This document shows, one piece after another, positions 27,513-34,317 of a stretch of 64,000 nt of DNA. Numbering within the stretch: the stretch's first letter is position 1; each line of letters opens with the position of its first letter. The DNA lies in the NCBI GenBank assembly GCA_947589565.1, contig CANQBW010000001.1, positions 48,687 to 112,686 on the forward strand, in the 5' to 3' direction. The notes beneath the pieces were generated by a model. That model was not told where the DNA came from. It saw only the letters and a program-made list of their open reading frames with translations, and searched no databases. Source of the stretch: an uncultured Clostridia bacterium (lineage in GTDB: Bacteria > Bacillota > Clostridia > Christensenellales > Borkfalkiaceae). A program made the translations under genes and the position numbers.

Positions 27513-28578
27513 TTTGTTTCTCCTTTTTCATGCGTGAAAGAAACCCGTCGAAGAGGTAGTTTGCGTCGTGCGGACCGCCGCAGGCTTCGGGATGGAACTG
27601 TACGGTCTCCGCATCGAGGTCGGGATAGCTCATCCCCTCGCAGGTCCCGTCGTTGGCGTTGACGAAGGTCTCTCTTCCGCAAGAGACCGTCTCCGACAGC
27701 ACTTCATAGCCGTGGTTCTGGCTCGTGACGAACACCTTTCCGCTTGCAAGCTCCTTGACGGGCTGGTTGGCGCCGCGGTGTCCGTACTTCATCTTTCGCG
27801 TCTTTCCGCCCATCGCGAGGGCGAAGAGCTGATGCCCGAGGCAGATGCCGAAGATCGGCTTTTTGCCCGCAAGTTCTCTGATGATTTTGATCTCCGCTTC
27901 ATCGTCTGCGGGATCTCCGGGACCGTTCGTCAGCATGATGCCGTCGGGATGAAGGGCAAGCGCCTGTTCCGCAGGATACTCCGCGGGCACGACCGCGACC
28001 TTGCAGCCGCGGCGGACAAGTTCCCGCACAATGTTCTCCTTTGCGCCGTAGTCATAGAGGACGACAAAGTACTCCCCGCCCTCATTGAGAATGTGAACAT
28101 TCTTACAGGTGACAGCCTGCAGTGCCCCGCTCACCCGATATCTTTTCAGCGCGTCGAAATCGGTGAAGGGGCGGAAGGAGATCGCCGCATTCATGACGCC
28201 GTGTTCGCGGACGATCTTCGTAAGCTCCCGCGTGTCCACGCCGTAGATCGCGGGAATATTACTTTTCTTTAAAAAATCCTCAATGGTTCCCTCCGAGCGG
28301 AAGTTCGAGGGAGCCTCACAGCGCTCCCGCACGACATAGCCGAAGACATGGCTCCTGTCCCCCTCCTTGTCGGGCGTCACCCCGTAGTTTCCGATGAGCG
28401 GAAAGGTCTGCGTGACGATCTGTCCATAGTAGCTCGGATCGGTGAGCGTCTCGAGGTAGCCGGTCATGCCCGTCGTAAAGACGAGTTCGCCGATGGTTTC
28501 GCGCTCCGCGCCGAAGGATATGCCCTCGAACACCCTTCCGTCTTCCAGCGTGAGATAAGCCTTTTTTTTCATTTTCAT
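27496..28578 (-). CDS. carA: carbamoyl-phosphate synthase small (glutaminase) subunit
   Basis: TGMTGYLETLTDPSY, ICLGHQL (catalytic Cys), and HRGANQPV. The start could be ATG 28578 or 28572. Overlaps the carB start by 17 nt. Confidence 0.92.
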   Translation of the reverse strand: MKMKKKAYLTLEDGRVFEGISFGAERETIGELVFTTGMTGYLETLTDPSYYGQIVTQTFPLIGNYGVTPDKEGDRSHVFGYVVRERCEAPSNFRSEGTIEDFLKKSNIPAIYGVDTRELTKIVREHGVMNAAISFRPFTDFDALKRYRVSGALQAVTCKNVHILNEGGEYFVVLYDYGAKENIVRELVRRGCKVAVVPAEYPAEQALALHPDGIMLTNGPGDPADDEAEIKIIRELAGKKPIFGICLGHQLFALAMGGKTRKMKYGHRGANQPVKELASGKVFVTSQNHGYEVLSETVSCGRETFVNANDGTCEGMSYPDLDAETVQFHPEACGGPHDANYLFDGFLSRMKKEKQNAQEK

Positions 28579-28611
28579 CCCTTAGCCCTGTATTTTTTCA
28601 TATTTTTCAGA

Positions 28612-28641
28612 TAGTATGTCAGACATAATACTATGCAAATC
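28612..28641 (-). promoter_or_regulatory. 30-bp palindrome-containing element, copy D (candidate carA promoter/operator)
   Basis: Minus strand reads GATTTGCATAGTATTATGTCTGACATACTA. It can be read as TTGCAT-16 nt-TACTAT. It begins at the thioesterase TGA and ends 33 nt before the carA ATG. Confidence 0.5.
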
Positions 28642-29395
28642 ACGTTTTTTCGGGGTCTCGACTCCCGAATTTTAAGAAAAAACGGGAAATCGCCTCTGCT
28701 CCGCACCACGCTTCGCAGACAGTCGATTCCCCTTCCGTCTTTTTGAAAAAGGAAAGCTCCGCGCCTTCCTTTGCTTGATTGATATATGCAATTTGAAAAT
28801 TCTTGATGGGACGGTCGAGCTCTTGAAGAGAAAAACAATCGGTGAAGAGATCGGCGTAGTAGGTATTGTTCAAATGGAAATAATGGTCGAGACGGGAGAA
28901 GCCGACCGACGTCTTGAACACAAGCTGCTTTTCTTGATCGAGTTTTTTGATCTGCCAATTCACCGAGGGAAAGATCTTTCTCGGATTGTAGGGGCACTTC
29001 TCGTTCGCCTCGCCAAGATAGTCGGGCGTGAGAAGCGAAAAGCTCTTCAAATCAACAAGGCACCAGCGGGAAGCCATGTCGCATACACGCTCTCCCCTCT
29101 GATTTTTCATCGCATAGTCCCGCTCGAAGATGACGTGACGGGGCGGCAGCGGCCAGGTCTCCACGGTAATCGTATCCCCGATTTTTACGGGGGCATAGAG
29201 CTCGCCCACGGTGTGAACGGTGATAAAAGCGAGCCCTTTCGGCTTTAAATCATCGTAGCCGAACTGCAGCTCGTCCGCACTCGAACACGCCGACTCCTGC
29301 GCCAAAGAGAGCAGCGTCGAGAGTCTGATGCGATCATACGCGTCAAAATCCGTGTAGCGGATCTGAAATTCCCGTCTGTGGCAGTACTCGTTCAT
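28640..29395 (-). CDS. acyl-ACP thioesterase
   Basis: 251 aa with a double hot-dog layout. REFQIRYTDFDAYDRIRLSTLL...TVETWP...RDY resembles the FatA/B-type acyl-ACP thioesterase family. Confidence 0.8.
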   Translation of the reverse strand: MNEYCHRREFQIRYTDFDAYDRIRLSTLLSLAQESACSSADELQFGYDDLKPKGLAFITVHTVGELYAPVKIGDTITVETWPLPPRHVIFERDYAMKNQRGERVCDMASRWCLVDLKSFSLLTPDYLGEANEKCPYNPRKIFPSVNWQIKKLDQEKQLVFKTSVGFSRLDHYFHLNNTYYADLFTDCFSLQELDRPIKNFQIAYINQAKEGAELSFFKKTEGESTVCEAWCGAEAISRFFLKFGSRDPEKT

Positions 29396-29404
29396 ATCCT
29401 TTTG

Positions 29405-29433
29405 ATTATAGCACCATTTTCAAGGAAAGTCAA
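29405..29433 (-). promoter_or_regulatory. sigma-A promoter of the thioesterase gene (very short leader)
   Basis: Minus strand reads TTGACT (29433-29428), 17 nt, TGC-TATAAT (29410-29405). The ATG is only 9 nt after the -10. Confidence 0.6.
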
Positions 29434-29451
29434 CGAGAATTTAGCCCTTTT

Positions 29452-30150
29452 TCAAACGGAAGAGGACAAAAATCCGATCGCGCCCGAAAAGATCGCCTGA
29501 ACGAGCTTTCCCCGGTATTCGTCGCTCAAAAGGAGCTTTTCGTCCTCGGCATTGGACAAAAATCCGCACTCGACGATGACGGCGGGATAGCGGTTGCAGT
29601 TGAGAATGAAGTAGTCCCCGACGAGCGCCTGCGATTTCTTGACGCACTCGGGCATATTGTTCAATTTGCTTTGAATATTTTCTGCAAGCGCACGGCTGCT
29701 CTCCGAGTTCGCGCGGTAGAAGACCTGACCGCCCCGGCGGCTCTTTTGCGTGAAAAAATTCTGGTGGATGGAGATGACGACGGCGGGGTCGCTCTCGTTG
29801 ATGATCTCTGCGCGCTTTTGCATGTCGCGCTTTTTGTAGCCGGGGGTCGCCGCGCCGTAGAGTCCCGCCTCCGTCTTTCGCGTCAGAATGACGTTGAATC
29901 CCGCCTCTTCGAACCTTTGCTGCAACAAAAAGGTGATCTCGAGGTTGAACTCGCTCTCCTTTTTCTTGGAATTGACGCCGAGCACCCCGCCGTCGATGCC
30001 GCCGTGTCCCGCGTCGAGGACGATGGTCAGCCGCTGGGCGGAGGCCGCCGTGCGGGAGAGCGCGAAGAAGCAGAAGACAAGCGTCAAAATCACGGTCAGC
30101 GTGAGCGCCGCCGCGCCGAGAAGCACTCTGTGCCGATAAAAAACATTCAT
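29452..30150 (-). CDS. cwlD: N-acetylmuramoyl-L-alanine amidase (Amidase_3, CwlD-like)
   Basis: N-terminal TM, then LDAGHGGIDGG, ESEFNLEI and ISIHQN. Size and architecture match CwlD. Confidence 0.8.
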   Translation of the reverse strand: MNVFYRHRVLLGAAALTLTVILTLVFCFFALSRTAASAQRLTIVLDAGHGGIDGGVLGVNSKKKESEFNLEITFLLQQRFEEAGFNVILTRKTEAGLYGAATPGYKKRDMQKRAEIINESDPAVVISIHQNFFTQKSRRGGQVFYRANSESSRALAENIQSKLNNMPECVKKSQALVGDYFILNCNRYPAVIVECGFLSNAEDEKLLLSDEYRGKLVQAIFSGAIGFLSSSV

Positions 30151-30233
30151 GCCCTATTTTATGTGCGGGACAGGCGGTTTACCCCGAAAATTTTCTTTTT
30201 TGAGGTTTTTTTGACAAAAAATGCTCTCAGTCC

Positions 30234-30262
30234 TTGACCTTTGGTTTTGCCTTTGCTATAAT
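30234..30262 (+). promoter_or_regulatory. sigma-A promoter of the degV-family gene
   Basis: TTGACC (30234-30239), 17 nt, TGC-TATAAT (30257-30262). Confidence 0.6.
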
Positions 30263-30292
30263 AATGTAAAATTTCATATTTGGAGAGTGTTT

Positions 30293-31165
30293 ATGGAACG
30301 CGTAAAAATCGTAACCGATTCGAACAGCGGCATCACTCAGAGGGAAGCGGAAAAACTGGGAATTTCCGTGCTCCCGATGCCCTTTCTGATCGACGGAAAA
30401 CAGTTCTTCGAGGACATCGACCTGAGCCAGGAGGAATTTTACAAACACCTCACGCTCGACGCCTCTGTTTCGACCTCGCAGCCCTCGGTCGGCGCAGTCA
30501 CAGATCTTTGGGACAGTCTTCTCAAAGAGGAAGACTGCAAGATCATTCACATTCCCATGTCGAGCGGACTCTCGGAGTCCTGCCACACGGCGATGGGACT
30601 TGCAAAGTCCTACGAGGGAAAAGTGCTCGTCGTCGACAACCAAAGAATCTCCGTCACGCAGAAGCGGAGCGTCTACGACGCGATCGCCCTTCGGGACAGA
30701 GGGCTCTCCGCGGAGGAGATCAAAGACGCGCTGATGGGGAGCAAGTTCGACAGCTCCATCTATATTTCCCTCGACACCTTGAAATACCTCAAGAAGGGCG
30801 GACGGCTCACGCCCGCGGCTGCCCTCATCGGCACCATTTTAAAGATCAAGCCCGTCTTGCAGATCCAGGGTGAAAAACTCGACGCCTTCAAGAAGGTCAA
30901 CACCCTGAAAAAGGCGAAGGAAGTCATGATCGAGGCCATAAAGCACGACTTTGAGACGAGGTTCAAGGAGTTTTGCGACAGAGGCGAAATGTCCCTCTTC
31001 ATCGCGCACACGGCGATCGAGGAGGAGGCAAATCATTTTGCCGAAGAAATTCGCGCGGCGTTCCCGAACGTCCCCCTCACCTTCATCGATCCCCTCTCGC
31101 TGAGCGTGTCCTGCCACATCGGCCCCGGCGCCCTCGCCATCGCCTGCGCAAGAACGCTGAAATGA
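30293..31165 (+). CDS. DegV family fatty-acid-binding protein
   Basis: Start moved to ATG 30293 (MERVKIVTDSNSGI) behind GGAGAG. DegV blocks TSQPS, LKYLKKGGR and HIGPGA are present. Confidence 0.9.
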   Translation: MERVKIVTDSNSGITQREAEKLGISVLPMPFLIDGKQFFEDIDLSQEEFYKHLTLDASVSTSQPSVGAVTDLWDSLLKEEDCKIIHIPMSSGLSESCHTAMGLAKSYEGKVLVVDNQRISVTQKRSVYDAIALRDRGLSAEEIKDALMGSKFDSSIYISLDTLKYLKKGGRLTPAAALIGTILKIKPVLQIQGEKLDAFKKVNTLKKAKEVMIEAIKHDFETRFKEFCDRGEMSLFIAHTAIEEEANHFAEEIRAAFPNVPLTFIDPLSLSVSCHIGPGALAIACARTLK

Positions 31166-31179
31166 TTTATTTTGAACCT

Positions 31180-31213
31180 GCGCCCCGCGGCCATCGCCGC
31201 GGGGCGCCTTTTG
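31180..31213 (+). terminator. intrinsic terminator after degV
   Basis: GCGCCCCGCGGC-CATC-GCCGCGGGGCGC (12-bp stem) followed by CTTTTG. Confidence 0.65.
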
Positions 31214-31221
31214 AATGACGG

Positions 31222-31399
31222 TAAAATTCCAAATAAAAGGCGCGTTGGAAAATCACACTTTTCCATAAGCGCACTCAAGTTGCCGAACCCTTTCGGCTTA
31301 TTGTCGTTTGAAACGAACGAGACGACCAGGCTGTGGGAACTCGAGAGCTCATTTCCTCGAACGTAAATATTTCCGTAGGAAAGATTTCGTTCGAAAAAT
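31222..31399. repeat. modular repeat block R4 (lone 'right arm', ends in the F hairpin)
   Basis: Collinear with the reverse complement of 31757-31921 (GCGCGTTGGRAAATC..TTTTCCATAAGCGCACTCAA..ATTGTYGT..GAACGAGACGACC..CATTTCCTCGA..). The hairpin at 31352-31396 lies 6 nt beyond the XRE stop. Confidence 0.85.
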
Positions 31400-31402
31400 T
31401 TT

Positions 31403-31612
31403 CTACCAATCCTTCTTCCCGCAAAGTTCATCGATGGAAACAGAGAAGAGATCGGAGAGCAGCCAAAGGCAGGAGAGAGTCGGCTCCGTCTTTTTTTGCT
31501 CCCATTCGCTGACACACTGCTGCGTCACCCCTATCTTTTTGGCGAGCGCAGCCTGCGACATTTTATTCTCTATGCGGAAAGCCCTTAAATTTTCCGCAAA
31601 TTTGGTTTCCAT
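31403..31612 (-). CDS. XRE-family helix-turn-helix transcriptional regulator
   Basis: Start moved to ATG 31612 (METKFAENLRAFRIENKMSQAALAKKIGVTQQCVSEWEQKKTEP). This is a canonical HTH_3 domain. No purine-rich SD precedes the ATG. Confidence 0.8.
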   Translation of the reverse strand: METKFAENLRAFRIENKMSQAALAKKIGVTQQCVSEWEQKKTEPTLSCLWLLSDLFSVSIDELCGKKDW

Positions 31613-31645
31613 AAAAATAATATACAATTATTCTTGTATTTTTAC

Positions 31646-31674
31646 TTGACAAACAAGTTTAATTGTGATAATAT
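31646..31674 (+). promoter_or_regulatory. near-consensus extended -10 promoter, divergent from the XRE gene
   Basis: TTGACA (31646-31651), 17 nt, TGA-TAATAT (31666-31674). Confidence 0.65.
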
Positions 31675-31700
31675 TTTGATGGACAAGGTGAGGCTGTCTG

Positions 31701-31754
31701 ATGAGGAAGAAAATGCGCGGTGGGTTCAACTCGCCGCGCATTTACTTGTTTTAG
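31701..31754 (+). CDS. candidate 17-codon sORF (MRKKMRGGFNSPRIYLF)
   Basis: GGTGAGG (31687-31693) lies 7 nt before the ATG, about 20 nt downstream of the predicted TSS. The 3' half is embedded in a hairpin. No homology is known to me. Confidence 0.25.
   Translation: MRKKMRGGFNSPRIYLF
31713..31752 (+). terminator. hairpin plus T-rich tail (weak terminator or attenuator)
   Basis: ATGCGCGG (31713-31720) pairs perfectly with CCGCGCAT (31734-31741), followed by TTACTTGTTTT. Confidence 0.4.
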
Positions 31755-31756
31755 GT

Positions 31757-32075
31757 TTCGGCAAAAATCTTGCTGCGCAATATTTTTGTCGAGGAAATGG
31801 ACTTTTCTGCCTTGATTAGTTTGGTCGTCTCGGTCGCTTTCACAACAATGTGCGTCCCGTGGGGCGCAAATTGAGTGCGCTTATGGAAAATGCGATTTCC
31901 CAACGCGCAGTTTATTTAGAACTAAGGGCGAGATGTTTCGACTCCGCTTCGCTCCGCTCAACATGACAGCGGATAACGATGTCATTCCGAGCGCAGTCGA
32001 CGACGCGCCGTTCTATTACTTATCAAAGCGCGACGCACGAGCCGTAAGGCGAGTATGAATCCCCTTGGTCATTAG
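31757..32075. repeat. modular repeat block R5 ('left arm' plus module A)
   Basis: F-hairpin variant at 31757-31798, module C at 31823-31857, the inverted counterpart of R4 up to about 31921, and module A at 31981-32065. Confidence 0.85.
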
Positions 32076-32105
32076 AATGCCCATATTACGAAAAGCGTTG
32101 CGGGG

Positions 32106-32140
32106 TCCGGGACACATCGCAAGTGTCCCGGAATTTTTTT
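32106..32140 (+). terminator. strong plus-strand intrinsic terminator with no annotated plus-strand gene upstream
   Basis: TCCGGGACAC-ATCGCAA-GTGTCCCGGA (10-bp stem) followed by ATTTTTTT. It is followed by a second hairpin, GCTACTTTTTT..AAAAAAGTAGC (32142-32172). Confidence 0.65.
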
Positions 32141-32221
32141 GCGCTACTTTTTTGTATTCGTAAAAAAGTAGCAAACGCTCGTCATGCGGAAACGACAATC
32201 AAAAGCGGATTGACGCAAAAC

Positions 32222-32254
32222 AGAAAATTTAAAAAAGGTTTTTTCGAAACCTTT
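32222..32254 (-). terminator. intrinsic terminator after recG
   Basis: Minus strand reads AAAGGTTT-CGAAA-AAACCTTT followed by TTTAAATTTTC. The first arm overlaps the stop codon. Confidence 0.5.
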
Positions 32255-34259
32255 AATTTAGTACCACATCCTTCAAGCTCTCGAATTTTTCGAGGGCGGA
32301 AGTTTTAATCTCCTCGAGGTTCAGCTTTTGGGCGAACGCCTCGTCGGAGAGCTTCTTTGCGAGAAAGATCATCTCGGTGGAGTACTTTAAATTTTCGATA
32401 TCCTTTAAAATTCTGCCGCTCTGGCGGGTCCCGAAGAAGTCGCCGCTTCCGCGAAGCTCTAAATCCTTCTCCGCGAGGGCGAAGCCGTCGGAAGTCGTCT
32501 TCAGAATCCCAAGCCGCTCCCGCGCCGTCTCGCTGTCGCTGTCTGTCAATAAAAAGCAATAGCTCTTCTCGCTCCCCCGCCCCACTCTGCCGCGCAGCTG
32601 GTGCAATTGGGAGAGCCCGAACCGCTCCGCATTGTAGATGACCATGATGGTGGCGTCGGGAACGTCGATCCCGACCTCGATGACCGTCGTCGAGACGAGG
32701 CAATCGTAAACTTTTCTCTTAAAGTCCTCCATGATCTGCGCCTTTTCCTTCTCCTTCATTCTGCCGTGGAGAAGGGCAAAGCGGACAGTCGGAAGTCTCC
32801 CCTTCAACTCCTCGAAGAGCTCGGTCACCGAGGTGATCTCCCCCTCCGCCTCGTCGATCTTGGGGCAGACGAAGTAAGCCTGCTTTCCGCTCTTCGTCTC
32901 GCGGGCGATGTAGGAAAGCATGTCCTCATACTTATAGGCGGGAATGATCGAAGTGGAAATCTCCTGCCGCGCCTTGGGCTTGTCGGGGATCGTCGTGATG
33001 TCGAGGTCGCCGTAGAAAATGAGAGAGAGCGTCCGCGGAATGGGCGTCGCGGACATGACGAGAACGTCGGGAGAGTCCCCCTTTTCACTGAGCGCGTTGC
33101 GCTGGCTGACGCCAAAGCGGTGCTGTTCGTCGCAGACGCAGAAGGCAAGTTCACGGAAATGAACGTCCCCCTGCAAAACCGCATGGGTGCCGCAGAGGAT
33201 GTCGATCTCCCCCTTTTTGAGTTTTTCCTTGATCTCCCGCTTCTCTTTTGCCGTACAGCCCCCCGAAAGATACCCTACCCGGTATTCGGGAAAGACATTT
33301 TTGAGGACGGAATAGTTCTGCGCCGCCAAAACTTCGGTCGGAGAGAGGTAGACCGCCTGGAATCCCGACCTCACTGCCATGTAAATTCCCGTCAAGGCGA
33401 CTGCCGTCTTTCCGCTGCCGACGTCCCCCTGCAACAGGCGGTTCATGCAGTGGGGAGAGGTCAGATTGTCGTAGATTTCTTTGACGGCGTTCTGCTGTCC
33501 CTCCGTAAATTCGAAGCGGAAACGCTTTTGAAATTCGGCAACTTCGCGGCGGGTCACCGTGTACTTCCGCGAGCGCACCTGATTTTTGTCCCCTTTGATG
33601 AGCTTGAACGCGCTGATGAGGATAAAGTACTCCTCGAGCGCGACGCGGTTGCTGCACTCGCTCAACTCCCGCTGCGACTGCGGCTGATGGACGCCGAGAA
33701 ACGCCTCCCGGAGGGAGGAGAGCTTGTATTTTTCGCAAAGCGTCTTCGGAATGACCGTCCCGATCGGCTCCAATGTGAGCGCCGTGCGGATGCTCTCCCG
33801 CACCACCCGCTGGGTGAGTCCCCCTTTCAGCGGATAGACAGGAACCATTCCCCGCAGGTTTTTGCTGCGCCAGACCGATTCGAAGGAGGGATTGACGAGG
33901 CAGATCTGATGTCCGTACTTGTTCTGCACTCTGCCATAGAAGAGGTACTCTCCCGGTTTCAATCGAGCGGCAAGATAGGGCATATTGAACCAGACCGCCG
34001 AGAAGGTGACGCCGTCCTGTTCGAGCCAGGCGCGGAAGTACTTGAGTTTTCCCGCAAAGCGCATGGCGTCCACCTTGACGAGACGGCATAAAAAAAGACC
34101 GCTATCATTGTGGAGAACATCTCTGACCGATAGACGGTTCGTCATATCCAGATAACCGCGGGGAAAATAGCGGACGAGCTGTTTGCTGTCCGTCACTCCC
34201 GCTTTTTGAAAGTCCTTCGCGTACTTCTCGCCGATGCCGCGTATCAATTTGAGATCCAT
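32253..34259 (-). CDS. recG: ATP-dependent DNA helicase RecG
   Basis: 668 aa. Wedge domain, then Walker A GDVGSGKT, DEQHRFG, SATPIPRT and QLHQLRGRVGRG. Confidence 0.95.
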   Translation of the reverse strand: MDLKLIRGIGEKYAKDFQKAGVTDSKQLVRYFPRGYLDMTNRLSVRDVLHNDSGLFLCRLVKVDAMRFAGKLKYFRAWLEQDGVTFSAVWFNMPYLAARLKPGEYLFYGRVQNKYGHQICLVNPSFESVWRSKNLRGMVPVYPLKGGLTQRVVRESIRTALTLEPIGTVIPKTLCEKYKLSSLREAFLGVHQPQSQRELSECSNRVALEEYFILISAFKLIKGDKNQVRSRKYTVTRREVAEFQKRFRFEFTEGQQNAVKEIYDNLTSPHCMNRLLQGDVGSGKTAVALTGIYMAVRSGFQAVYLSPTEVLAAQNYSVLKNVFPEYRVGYLSGGCTAKEKREIKEKLKKGEIDILCGTHAVLQGDVHFRELAFCVCDEQHRFGVSQRNALSEKGDSPDVLVMSATPIPRTLSLIFYGDLDITTIPDKPKARQEISTSIIPAYKYEDMLSYIARETKSGKQAYFVCPKIDEAEGEITSVTELFEELKGRLPTVRFALLHGRMKEKEKAQIMEDFKRKVYDCLVSTTVIEVGIDVPDATIMVIYNAERFGLSQLHQLRGRVGRGSEKSYCFLLTDSDSETARERLGILKTTSDGFALAEKDLELRGSGDFFGTRQSGRILKDIENLKYSTEMIFLAKKLSDEAFAQKLNLEEIKTSALEKFESLKDVVLN

Positions 34260-34278
34260 AGGCGTTCCCTTAGGGTAA

Positions 34279-34312
34279 GGAAATCAAAATAGAGCGGGCA
34301 TTTCGCCCGCCC
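34279..34312 (-). terminator. intrinsic terminator after yloV
   Basis: Minus strand reads GGGCGGGC-GAAAT-GCCCGCTC followed by TATTTTGATTT. Confidence 0.5.
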
Positions 34313-34317
34313 TTTTC

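Noticed and set aside
28579-28640. A PyrR-binding attenuator or T-box/riboswitch leader in front of carA.
   Set aside because: The spacer is only 61 nt and is filled by the 30-bp element. It has no ARUCCAGAGAGG-like loop and no terminator/antiterminator alternative.
6235-28641. Reading the 30-bp element as a sporulation sigma (SigF/G or SigE/K) promoter because of the GCATA and CATA motifs.
   Set aside because: The distance between the GCATA-like and CATA-like blocks is about 13 nt. It is about 18 nt in the SigF/G consensus as I recall it, and the CATA is simply half of the palindrome. I therefore make no specific sigma assignment.
32601-34091. A 496-aa plus-strand ORF and a 312-aa minus-strand alternative-frame ORF (33151..34089) over recG.
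   Set aside because: They are antisense to or out of frame with a full-length RecG that has all helicase motifs. They contain no recognisable motifs and have a skewed composition.
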